A stretch of 64,000 nt of DNA, taken from the IMG/VR virus record IMGVR_UViG_3300033463_000089, positions 1 through 64,000 of that record. One strand, 5' to 3'. This DNA is from a virus. Position 1 is the stretch's first letter. Every line of letters begins with the position of its first letter. The notes below the pieces were generated by a model that ran no database searches, was not told the DNA's origin, and worked only from the letters and a program-made list of their open reading frames with translations. Shown piece after piece: positions 45,296-52,867 of this stretch. The translations under genes were made by a program, and so were the position numbers.

Positions 45296-45588
45296 CAGCG
45301 CAAACCCACCTCAACGATGCGACGCCGGAAGTTTGTCAAAGGCGAGGGAACGGAAGTGAAAGGTTTGCGTGAGGTCTTACCGATGACGTTTCTTTGGCTT
45401 ACTGGTACACTTAATTAGATGCAGGGAGAAAGGAGACGTAGTAGAGGAAGACGAAAGCGTTATTTAGGCTATCCTGCATGAGTTTTAGGGCACGATGTCA
45501 CACCTTATATATAAGGGAGTAGGCTGCAATTGAATTGGTCGTGCTTCACTAATTATTGTTTTACTTAAAATTATAGGAGAAAATCATT
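45296..45588 (+). other. Long structured 5' leader / candidate cis-regulatory RNA
   Basis: Nested complementary pairs: GCAAACC/GGTTTGC (45300-45306 with 45362-45368), ATGCAGG/CCTGCAT (45419-45425 with 45473-45479), GCACGA/TCGTGC (45490-45495 with 45539-45544), and the palindrome CCTTATATATAAGG (45503-45516). Confidence 0.35.
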
Positions 45589-45735
45589 ATGAAAGGCGAA
45601 CACGTTTATGTACTATCGTACAATGCAGGCGTTCTTGGTGTCTACGCTGACAAGAGAGACGCGAACAAGGCAAAGTTTGTATATCAAGTAGCAGACTACA
45701 AAGGTCTGAAGGTTGAGGAACATTTAGTAGGTTAG
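45589..45735 (+). CDS. Small hypothetical protein (48 aa)
   Basis: Not in the track (<60 aa). AGGAG lies 9 nt upstream of the ATG. MKGEHVYVLSYNAGVLGVYADKRDANKAKF... Confidence 0.35.
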   Translation: MKGEHVYVLSYNAGVLGVYADKRDANKAKFVYQVADYKGLKVEEHLVG

Positions 45736-45737
45736 CT

Positions 45738-45875
45738 ATGAATGAACTGAAACGACTGGTTGAGCGAGGGGAGATTTCTCTTCGTTCAGCCGCTTACAGA
45801 CTGATGAGGATGGGGAAATGTTCGTTTCTTCCCTCGGATAGAGAAGTTATTAGATTGTTACACATTATAATTTGA
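45738..45875 (+). CDS. Small hypothetical protein (45 aa)
   Basis: ATG 2 nt after the previous stop. MNELKRLVERGEISLRSAAYRLMRMGK... Confidence 0.3.
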   Translation: MNELKRLVERGEISLRSAAYRLMRMGKCSFLPSDREVIRLLHIII

Positions 45876-46046
45876 ATGATTATGGAAGGAAGAAATATTG
45901 GTTATAGGATAGGTTATCGAAGCAGACATTTCGTTAACTGGGTAAATGACACGTTTTACCCGACTATTGAAGAAGCGGTAGCAGACAAGAAGAAGTTGCA
46001 GCCGCAGTACAAGCAGACTTTATTTGTTGAACTTGATTACGAATAG
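45876..46046 (+). CDS. Small hypothetical protein (56 aa)
   Basis: ATG immediately follows the previous stop (TGAATG). MIMEGRNIGYRIGYRSRHFVNWVNDTFYPTIEEA... Confidence 0.35.
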   Translation: MIMEGRNIGYRIGYRSRHFVNWVNDTFYPTIEEAVADKKKLQPQYKQTLFVELDYE

Positions 46047-46050
46047 AGTT

Positions 46051-46149
46051 ATGACACATCTTACACAATTTGAGATAGCCGGAGTGATTCTTTCGGCTAT
46101 CTGCTATTTATCAGCGATTATCAGTTTAGCTAAGAACAAAGTGATTTAG
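46051..46149 (+). CDS. Small hydrophobic peptide (32 aa)
   Basis: MTHLTQFEIAGVILSAICYLSAIISLAKNKVI, a single TM-like helix. Confidence 0.3.
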   Translation: MTHLTQFEIAGVILSAICYLSAIISLAKNKVI

Positions 46150-46238
46150 GGCATATCCGTTAAAGGCGGTGCGAGGTAGTTCGAAGCCTACCTTGCCCAC
46201 AAACATTATTTATTCACAAAATTATAGGAGATTCAATT

Positions 46239-46733
46239 ATGAAAGAATTACTGATTGTTGATTTGGCTTTCAACGACATCTTTACTACTTGTAAAGAGGG
46301 AGAAACCACAAACGCTATTAAGAGGGCGAAAACGTTCTACAAGAGCGATTTGGATTTGGTGCGCTCTCACAAGGAGAACTACCCACAGGACGCGGAGTAC
46401 TGGCAGACACAGATTGACAAGTACTCTAAAATCCTTTCAGCCGGATTCGAAGCTATCACGTTTGAGGAGTTTGAGAAGCGACAGAGAGAAAGGTGGCTGA
46501 ATAAGCCTATCAAAGAGGTTACGGGGAAAGAGTACGATGATATGTTGTGTGTCCTGCCCCCTATTGAGTGGTACGATAACGACAAATACTCTATCTTCAT
46601 GGTCGGGGAGTGCTACACGATGACATATTACTCCCAGTATCTCTACAACAAGGAGAACAAGAAGTATTATTCAGCCTTGGTTGACAGATTCGACAAAGAA
46701 ACATGGATTGACAAGAGATTAGGTTTAGTATAG
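46239..46733 (+). CDS. Hypothetical early protein
   Basis: 164-aa ORF with AGGAG 8 nt upstream of the ATG. Confidence 0.6.
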   Translation: MKELLIVDLAFNDIFTTCKEGETTNAIKRAKTFYKSDLDLVRSHKENYPQDAEYWQTQIDKYSKILSAGFEAITFEEFEKRQRERWLNKPIKEVTGKEYDDMLCVLPPIEWYDNDKYSIFMVGECYTMTYYSQYLYNKENKKYYSALVDRFDKETWIDKRLGLV

Positions 46734-46744
46734 GAGGGTTTATT

Positions 46745-47101
46745 ATGCTTAAAATCACGTTTAACGAACATCTTCCCCTTGATGGTGCAGGAACACTTAT
46801 CAGTCCTGCCCACAAGTGGTTGGTAAAAGAAAGAACCGAGTATTGCGACAACATCAGCAAGGTTGGTAATATATGGTATATGTGGCGTGGCGGATTCGTC
46901 TACAAATCAGTTGAGCCGGAAAAGATAACGCGCCTTGATGGTTTGCATGGTACGATAGCCAGTATTACACACTATATTGGTTCGCCTTATCCGTTCTCCT
47001 GCAGATATACGAATAAGTTTGGTAAGGAGTTCGGTGCAGGATATGCAGAGTTTTCGGAACTGGTTAGGGATTTCTATTTTTATAAGAAATGCGGAATATG
47101 A
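46745..47101 (+). CDS. Hypothetical early protein
   Basis: 118-aa ORF with TATAGGAGG 8 nt upstream of the ATG. Confidence 0.55.
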   Translation: MLKITFNEHLPLDGAGTLISPAHKWLVKERTEYCDNISKVGNIWYMWRGGFVYKSVEPEKITRLDGLHGTIASITHYIGSPYPFSCRYTNKFGKEFGAGYAEFSELVRDFYFYKKCGI

Positions 47102-47125
47102 GAATATTAAACAATACAGATAATT

Positions 47126-47512
47126 ATGAGTACACAAGTAATTGAAACCAATCTTGACTTGATGAAGCAGGATTTGGTTGAGCATATTAACGATGAAATA
47201 TTTGATATGCTTGAAAGGTTTGAGGATGAAGAGATAGCCGACTGCGTACTGGCTATTGCTTCTCGTCTGTTATTACCTGCAAAGGTGGTGGAACAACCAT
47301 TAACGTCATGTGGCGGTGTTTGGAACTATCAGATTAAGGTAAACAATAATCATGGTGGCTTTGTTTCTGTCTCCTGCGAAGAGACTGGATGCACGGGCGT
47401 TAGCAGGACAGAATTTTTCCCGTTCTTCGAAGATGATGAGGATGGCTATTATTCCGGCCTTTGCTCTTTGGCTGATATGATTAATGAAGCATGGTATTTC
47501 TGTAACAACTAA
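47126..47512 (+). CDS. Hypothetical acidic early protein
   Basis: 128-aa ORF, D/E-rich. Confidence 0.55.
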   Translation: MSTQVIETNLDLMKQDLVEHINDEIFDMLERFEDEEIADCVLAIASRLLLPAKVVEQPLTSCGGVWNYQIKVNNNHGGFVSVSCEETGCTGVSRTEFFPFFEDDEDGYYSGLCSLADMINEAWYFCNN

Positions 47513-47518
47513 CAATTA

Positions 47519-47725
47519 ATGGTTATATGGATTTTGGATTGTGCAACCACCTATTGCACTAAGGTAAACCTTTCTCCGGAAAGGGAAAAGGAACTGAATG
47601 AAAAGTACGATAGTAACGTAGAAGAGTTCCTTAACGACCACAGAGAGGAATTGCGCTTTTCTTCTATGGACTACGTTTCATGGATGAGCGCAAACGATGA
47701 GAACTTTGACATCATCAATTATTAA
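47519..47725 (+). CDS. Hypothetical small early protein
   Basis: 68-aa ORF, same strand, tight spacing. Confidence 0.5.
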   Translation: MVIWILDCATTYCTKVNLSPEREKELNEKYDSNVEEFLNDHREELRFSSMDYVSWMSANDENFDIINY

Positions 47726-47744
47726 CCCTTTAATACTTATCATT

Positions 47745-48014
47745 ATGGAAGCAATAAAATTGATTATCTCGTTATGCGACATGACAGAGGATTTGAACAA
47801 GTTCGTGCGGATGAATGACAGAAACGACAGCCTTGTGGACTATATGGAAGATTTCGCGGTAGGATATAGGCTTATCTGTGGCGACCCGACACCATGTCAC
47901 TTGTATTTAATCGTTGATATGCCGCTGAACGGACTTGTGCCGGAACTGATGTTTGAGCATAAGGATGCAAAGGCATCGCAGTACTTCTACGGCTACCGCA
48001 TTGACGAAGAGTAA
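47745..48014 (+). CDS. Hypothetical small early protein
   Basis: Track ORF 47697.. trimmed to MEAIKLIISLCDM (ATG 47745). Confidence 0.5.
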   Translation: MEAIKLIISLCDMTEDLNKFVRMNDRNDSLVDYMEDFAVGYRLICGDPTPCHLYLIVDMPLNGLVPELMFEHKDAKASQYFYGYRIDEE

Positions 48015-48129
48015 GCACCACCCACTATTCCAGTACGTTGGGATTCTCCCCTATCCGCCAATTTATGTTGGCTACCCTCGAAAGGAGATAGGGGAACAAA
48101 CATTGTTTCACTTAATTAAATTATAGCGT

Positions 48130-48252
48130 ATGAAAGATTATGGTTTAGACTATTCCAAGCCGCATTGGACTGAAACGGCATGGTATTTGTGTGTTGTTAT
48201 TTGCGCTCTAATAGCCGCAGGGTATTTCACGTATAAACTCTTCACGTTATGA
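48130..48252 (+). CDS. Small membrane peptide (40 aa)
   Basis: MKDYGLDYSKPHWTETAWYLCVVICALIAAGYFTYKLFTL. ATGA overlap with the next ORF. Confidence 0.35.
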   Translation: MKDYGLDYSKPHWTETAWYLCVVICALIAAGYFTYKLFTL

Positions 48253-48401
48253 GCGTTAAAGACCAGTTTATGAATATGACCTACGCGGTAACGTCTGACT
48301 ATTCAGAAGTTCTCCCGTATGTTGACGATGAGCGTTATTTGGTAGCCAATACCTATCACGCTAACGGGTTATTCGACAAGTATTATATAGGACTAAAATG
48401 A
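48249..48401 (+). CDS. Small hypothetical protein (50 aa)
   Basis: Coupled on both sides (ATGA at 48249-48252, ATGATG at 48398-48403). Confidence 0.35.
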   Translation: MSVKDQFMNMTYAVTSDYSEVLPYVDDERYLVANTYHANGLFDKYYIGLK

Positions 48402-48733
48402 TGGATATTATGGATTCAAGCAAATTTCAAATCGTAGAGGACATGAACGAGGTACGTTCTGTGTTCAAGGAGATTTTTGAGGGCAAGACCATCGGCACAG
48501 ACGATGTGAAGATGGGCACGTTCTCTAATTCTGTGTGTGCCGCCAAGGTTGAGGGGAATCAGATTACTTTCTCCCTGCCTTTCAACGGCCCGATAGTTCT
48601 CTTGTGCGAGATACTAAAGAAGCACAAGTATAACCGCTCTAATACAATCTTCTGTGAGACGGAGATTAATGACGATAACACGATAGTTATTGCCAAGTAC
48701 TACACCAAGGAATTTAAGATGTTCGACATTTAA
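48398..48733 (+). CDS. Hypothetical early protein
   Basis: 111-aa ORF. Confidence 0.55.
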   Translation: MMDIMDSSKFQIVEDMNEVRSVFKEIFEGKTIGTDDVKMGTFSNSVCAAKVEGNQITFSLPFNGPIVLLCEILKKHKYNRSNTIFCETEINDDNTIVIAKYYTKEFKMFDI

Positions 48734-48744
48734 TCATTTGAGTT

Positions 48745-49095
48745 ATGGATTTCAAAGAGATAATCAAAGACCATTTGGATAAGATGGCACAACAAGACGC
48801 AGCATTTGCGGAGCGTTACAAGTTAGAGACTAAGAATCTTGACGATTGCATCAAGTACATCACGTCAGAAGCAAGGAAGCAAGCAAAGAACAATTGCGCG
48901 GCTATCCAAGATGCAGTCGTGTTCGGGTGGGCGGTTCACTATTACCAGGAAGATAATGTCAAGGTAGATAATGTGAAAGCCAAGGTCGTTACTCCCAAGG
49001 CAGAGAAGCCAAAGGAGATTAAGCCTATCAAGGCTCTTGTCAAGGGCAAGAAGACTACGTGTGTTGAGATTGATATGTTTGCAGGAATGTTTTGA
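48745..49095 (+). CDS. PcfK-like protein
   Basis: 116 aa. The pattern CIKYITSEARKQAKNNCAAIQDAVVFGWAVHYYQED and the position directly upstream of a PcfJ-like gene fit the PcfK family as I recall it. Confidence 0.5.
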   Translation: MDFKEIIKDHLDKMAQQDAAFAERYKLETKNLDDCIKYITSEARKQAKNNCAAIQDAVVFGWAVHYYQEDNVKVDNVKAKVVTPKAEKPKEIKPIKALVKGKKTTCVEIDMFAGMF

Positions 49096-49099
49096 GACT

Positions 49100-50311
49100 A
49101 TGAGACCGAGAAATAAGTATGAGAAGAGGGTGGCTGAACTTAACGCCACTCTCTCCGAAGATATTGCCGCCACAAATGTGGAATGGGTTAAGGAAGCGTG
49201 TAAGTCATGGGATATGGCGCACTTCTGTTACTTCTGTGTTCACTCCAACATGGCAGAGTTTAGGGTGCGTAGGCTTTACCGCGTCTACAAGTTCCCCGAT
49301 AAGAGTACCGTACACTTCTTTTTCGTGGAGATTATGCGCGAGTTCAAGGATGGTTCCACAAAGCTTTACTTCGGTAAGCAAAGGACTATGGGTTATTACT
49401 TTGACTGCTTCATCTATAATTCTGATTTGGAGTTACGCGGTGTCAGCAAGAACTACGCAGGGTACGACATTACTCAACTCTTCGACCTCTCTATGGATTC
49501 TGTGCCGGAGGATAACGTGTCAGAGCGTATTGACTGCGTACACATCGACCCCAAGGAGTTAGGCAGGGTTATTCGGAACAATCCAGTAGCCGAGACCTTA
49601 TACAAGACTGGCGACCCGTTGTTTGTTCATCTTCTGTGGGGTTCTTACCCCAAGCAGATTTGCAGAGCCATTACACTGGCAAAGCGACATGGTTTTGTAT
49701 TCACAGAGCAAAGCACACCTATTTGGTTTGATATGGTTCGTTCTATCTGTTACTGCAAGAAAGACTTCCACAATCCGGTCTACATTGCCCCCGACGACCT
49801 CATGGCAACACATCAGATGTTTACCACCATGCTTTTCCGTAAGCAGAGAAAGAACAGAGAACAAAGGGCACGTAGACGCGAGGAACTGCGGTTGCAGCGT
49901 GAATATGAGTATATCCACAAGCAGCTTGAAGAGGACAAGACTATCAATGAAAAGTACATCAAGCGCAGGAAGAGGTTCTACGACATGGTGCTTACTGATG
50001 GTCTGATAGAGTGCAGGGTTCTGCGTGACGTTAAGGAGTTTGAGGAAGAGGGCAAGGCTATGTGCCATTGCGTTTACAAGTGCGAGTATTTCAAGAAGCC
50101 TTACTCGCTGATTCTCTCCGCAAGGATAGGGGATAAGCGCATCGAGACTATTGAGGTTGATTTGAGCCACTATTCCATCAAGCAATGCTACGGCAAGCAC
50201 GACCAGTTTACGATGTATCACGACCGCATCGTGAGCCTTGTCGCATCGCAGATGGAAACGATTAAGGCTTATAACAGAAGACGTACAACTAAAATCAAGA
50301 TTGCAGTATGA
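49100..50311 (+). CDS. PcfJ-like protein
   Basis: Trimmed to MRPRNKYEK (ATG 49100). C-terminal EGKAMCHCVYKCEYFKKPYSLILSARIGDKRIETIEVDL...IKQCYGKHDQ resembles the PcfJ domain. Confidence 0.55.
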   Translation: MRPRNKYEKRVAELNATLSEDIAATNVEWVKEACKSWDMAHFCYFCVHSNMAEFRVRRLYRVYKFPDKSTVHFFFVEIMREFKDGSTKLYFGKQRTMGYYFDCFIYNSDLELRGVSKNYAGYDITQLFDLSMDSVPEDNVSERIDCVHIDPKELGRVIRNNPVAETLYKTGDPLFVHLLWGSYPKQICRAITLAKRHGFVFTEQSTPIWFDMVRSICYCKKDFHNPVYIAPDDLMATHQMFTTMLFRKQRKNREQRARRREELRLQREYEYIHKQLEEDKTINEKYIKRRKRFYDMVLTDGLIECRVLRDVKEFEEEGKAMCHCVYKCEYFKKPYSLILSARIGDKRIETIEVDLSHYSIKQCYGKHDQFTMYHDRIVSLVASQMETIKAYNRRRTTKIKIAV

Positions 50312-50342
50312 AACGCTTAGTATTAACCATAATTTTCATCAT

Positions 50343-50371
50343 CCTATTCCTAATAGGTTTATTAGGATAGG
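50343..50371 (+). other. Strong hairpin downstream of the PcfJ-like gene
   Basis: CCTATTCCTAATA-GGTT-TATTAGGATAGG: a 12-13-bp stem with one bulge. Confidence 0.5.
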
Positions 50372-50467
50372 TCGGGAGGGGTTTTCCTATAATTTTCCCC
50401 CTACCCTTTTTTCCCTCGGTTCGTGAGAATAGAGGGTTTTGTTTGAACTATACTTTATCTGATAGGA

Positions 50468-50500
50468 GGGGAGGGACTTTCGCGGTCTCTCCCCTTTTTT
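50468..50500 (+). terminator. Rho-independent terminator of the early operon
   Basis: GGGGAGGGAC (50468-50477) pairs with GTCTCTCCCC (50485-50494; 10 bp including one G-U), followed by TTTTTT (50495-50500). Confidence 0.6.
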
Positions 50501-50503
50501 GTT

Positions 50504-51646
50504 TTATACTCTCTCATAGTTAACCATACTATCTACGATTGTCTTATCCAGTACCTTCGCGTAGGTGCGTTCAGTCTCTCGGATTGTCGAGTGCCCCAAG
50601 ATATGTTGAACGATGTGCATGGGTACGTTTCCTTCATTCAGTAAGAGCGTAGCACCAGTATGCCTTGCCCAATGGGTGGTTACCGCCTTGTCTATCTGTG
50701 CGTAGTTGACTGCGATTTTCAGATAGGCGTTGTACTTGACGTTACTGATGATGGGCAGCTTGTTCTTGTACTTCTTCAAGATTTGAATCGCCGGTTCAAG
50801 CAAGACCACCATAAACTCCTGCCCCGTCTTTGTCCTCTTGGATTTGTAGACCTTTCTCCCGTTCACGGAGATACATTTCTTGTAGTCAAACTCCGCTAAG
50901 TCTGAATAACTCATCATCGTGTACGTCTGGAACACGAACACATCTCTTACCCTCTCCAAGCACTTGTCCTTGATTATGCAGGTTTCAAAGCGGTGGAACT
51001 CTTCGGGTGTCAGATACCTCGTCAGTCCGCTTTCATTCCCTCGCTTGATGTCTAACCGGCTATAAGGATTGCGCTTGATTAGACCATCTTCCATAGCCTG
51101 CAGGATAAAGTACTTCATGAACTTGTGGTAGTTCCACCTTGATTGCTCTTTCAGACCTTTCTTCTTCAAGACCTTATCCATGTTAAGGATATTGTTCTCC
51201 GTCACGTCTGAAAAGTACACAATCCCTTTCCAGTCCTCTAAGAACCGCAGGAATAGTTCGTAGTGTTCCTTTGTTCCTGCCGAGATACTACTATACTTCC
51301 ACCTCGCCCTTTCTCGGGCAAAGTCGATGAAGTTGTCTGTCCTCTGCAGTTCCTCCGCCAGTATCTTCGGGAGTGCGTCAAGGTTCAAGGCGTTCTCGCT
51401 AATCATGCGCGTTATTATCTCCCTCGTCTTGCGCTTGACCATGCGTAACTGCTCGTTCAGTTCCTCATAGTCCTCCCTGCAGGCACTAACTTCCCCGTGA
51501 GACCATTCCTTGGGGAATAGCTTCACGCCAGTTGTGATGTACTTACGCTTCTTGTCTGCGTACACTACTAACTCTACTTGTGCAGCCGTTGTCTTGCTGC
51601 CGCGACCTCTTCGGTCATAAACAAATGTTAAACTCGGTATAACCAT
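50504..51646 (-). CDS. int: Tyrosine recombinase / phage integrase
   Basis: 380 aa. C-terminal catalytic signature WARHTGATLLL...HILGHSTIRETERTYAKV (HxxR ... LGH ... Y). The N-terminal SAM-like/arm-binding region is typical of Bacteroidota integrases. Confidence 0.9.
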   Translation of the reverse strand: MVIPSLTFVYDRRGRGSKTTAAQVELVVYADKKRKYITTGVKLFPKEWSHGEVSACREDYEELNEQLRMVKRKTREIITRMISENALNLDALPKILAEELQRTDNFIDFARERARWKYSSISAGTKEHYELFLRFLEDWKGIVYFSDVTENNILNMDKVLKKKGLKEQSRWNYHKFMKYFILQAMEDGLIKRNPYSRLDIKRGNESGLTRYLTPEEFHRFETCIIKDKCLERVRDVFVFQTYTMMSYSDLAEFDYKKCISVNGRKVYKSKRTKTGQEFMVVLLEPAIQILKKYKNKLPIISNVKYNAYLKIAVNYAQIDKAVTTHWARHTGATLLLNEGNVPMHIVQHILGHSTIRETERTYAKVLDKTIVDSMVNYERV

Positions 51647-51682
51647 TGCTTTTGAAATGTTAAATTAATAATATTTAAGTCT

Positions 51683-51723
51683 TTTGGTAGCATTGTCATT
51701 TTTTGGTAGCACATTTGGTAGCA
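51683..51723 (+). repeat. Three direct repeats of TTTGGTAGCA (a fourth at 51973-51982): candidate integrase arm-type sites
   Basis: Exact 10-mers at 51683-51692, 51702-51711, 51714-51723 and 51973-51982, all in the same orientation and just upstream of int. Confidence 0.5.
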
Positions 51724-51768
51724 CAAAAGCAGCAAATGATAGCAAAAGATAACAAAAGATAGCAAATA
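51724..51768 (-). repeat. 10-bp-phased T-tract array (CTATCTTTTG-type units)
   Basis: The minus strand reads TATTTG CTATCTTTTG TTATCTTTTG CTATCATTTG CTGCTTTTG. 25 of 26 nt are identical to 38665-38690. Confidence 0.55.
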
Positions 51769-52089
51769 GACTTTTTTTTAATTAGACACTCGAAAAGCCC
51801 TTTAATTAAGCGGTTTTCCACGAATTACACTCTCTTTCAACGAATTAGGAGAGCCGTTATTAATCGACTCTCCTACTCCCCTTTGTGATTCCGGCGGGGT
51901 CGGTGTCGATTTTCAACCTTGTGTATTGTGTATCAACCACTTAGGACTTTAATTTTTGTTCGTTTTTCTGCCTTTGGTAGCAAGAATGTATCACGTTTTT
52001 TCAGATATTTTCTTACAAAATTTTCTTACCATGCTCTTTACTCGGTTTAATAAAACTTAATGTGGTATTGCCCTATCCGGCTTTTAGCC

Positions 52090-52097
52090 TATCTTTG
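52090..52097 (+). promoter_or_regulatory. Bacteroidota-type -7 box TATCTTTG (orphan, drives a short transcript)
   Basis: GCCTATCTTTGCACCC. No credible ORF downstream before the terminator at 52175. Confidence 0.5.
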
Positions 52098-52103
52098 CAC
52101 CCG

Positions 52104-52213
52104 ACAAGCTGAGTTGTCTGTGGAACAATGTGAGAATCTTCATACCTCAGATAACATCGAAAGATGTTGGGATGCCCCCGTCAGTAACCTCAGCTAACGC
52201 TGACGGGGGTTTT
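52104..52213 (+). ncRNA. Candidate ~110-nt small RNA (promoter, GNRA hairpin, terminator)
   Basis: Lies between the -7 box (52090-52097) and the terminator. Internal AACATC-GAAA-GATGTT hairpin (52153-52168). The overlapping ORF 52130..52321 is implausible. Confidence 0.4.
52175..52213 (+). terminator. Rho-independent terminator
   Basis: CCCCCGTCAG (52175-52184) and CTGACGGGGG (52200-52209) form a perfect 10-bp stem with a 15-nt loop, followed by TTTT (52210-52213). Confidence 0.65.
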
Positions 52214-52544
52214 CTTCCACCAAATACTTACTGGAAGCAGTTAATCACCGTACTGCGTCAGACTTACCAACTGACAGATAAACAACGGCAGTCTTTTTGG
52301 AAACGGAGAGCCAAATCCTGAAACGAGACACCCAATAACAGGTCTGCAAGGTCGAAAAACGACTTATTTTACTCCGATAAGAGCTGTTCAGTATCAGTGT
52401 TCCAAAAAAGGCTTAGAACGTAGAAGAAAACTTAGCAATAAGAGGTAATAAATAATCTTCGAGTTCTCCCCTGCAACCCCTATCTTGCAGTATTGGGTGG
52501 ACTATATATATAACCAATCAACATCATGTCAAAGAACGTATAGT

Positions 52545-52650
52545 ATGAATCAGATTGAACGTTTTTCAGAACTAATGGATAGTGTCAGAAGAGAAAACCC
52601 TGCAGAATGGGTTAAACTCTATTGTTTGGCCGGCAGAATGGGTCTCATGC
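52545..52650 (+). pseudogene. Truncated fragment paralogous to gene 15017..15388
   Basis: MNQIERFSELMDSVRRENPAEWVKLYCLAGRMGLMP aligns with FVNFQETMDLIREGAPVQWVKLYMEAVKMGIIK. Beyond ~52650 the frame runs antisense through a better minus-strand gene and looks like noise. Confidence 0.35.
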
Positions 52651-52866
52651 CTACCCATTATTCTTTTTTCGGGCGTTGTAAGCTGCGATTACGACATCTG
52701 ATAGTTCGTCTCTTAGGCTTTCGGGTATTTTTTCGACTATATCAGAGGTTATATCCGTGTTAATCGCCCACTCGTTTATCTGTTCGCGCGTCATCCCGTA
52801 GCTTTCCGGATTGCCTATCGCATCCTTTAGCATTTGAAGTTTTTGTTCTAACACTTTCTTATCCAT
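52651..52866 (-). CDS. Hypothetical small protein downstream of the repressor
   Basis: 71-aa ORF starting 1 nt after the repressor gene stop codon (52868-52870). Confidence 0.55.
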   Translation of the reverse strand: MDKKVLEQKLQMLKDAIGNPESYGMTREQINEWAINTDITSDIVEKIPESLRDELSDVVIAAYNARKKNNG

Positions 52867-52867
52867 A

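Noticed and set aside
45567-45580. AAAATTATAGGAGA as a T7-like single-subunit RNAP promoter.
   Set aside because: Only the TATAGGAGA end resembles such promoters, there are only two or three copies, and no RNAP gene lies in the window. The constant 8-9-nt distance to an ATG fits a ribosome-binding site better. It is mentioned as an alternative in the findings.
52130-52321. 63-aa ORF across the sRNA candidate.
   Set aside because: It has a non-ATG start, reads straight through a 10-bp terminator stem, and has no RBS-like or coupling context.
52627-52642. 16-nt inverted match TGGCCGGCAGAATGGG (52627-52642) with CCCATTCTGCCGGCCA (55603-55618), bracketing the immunity region (a possible invertible or mobile cassette).
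   Set aside because: About one 16-mer match is expected by chance in this window. One copy lies inside the coding remnant (it encodes LAGRMG). There is no extension of the similarity and no invertase gene. It was kept only as a note.
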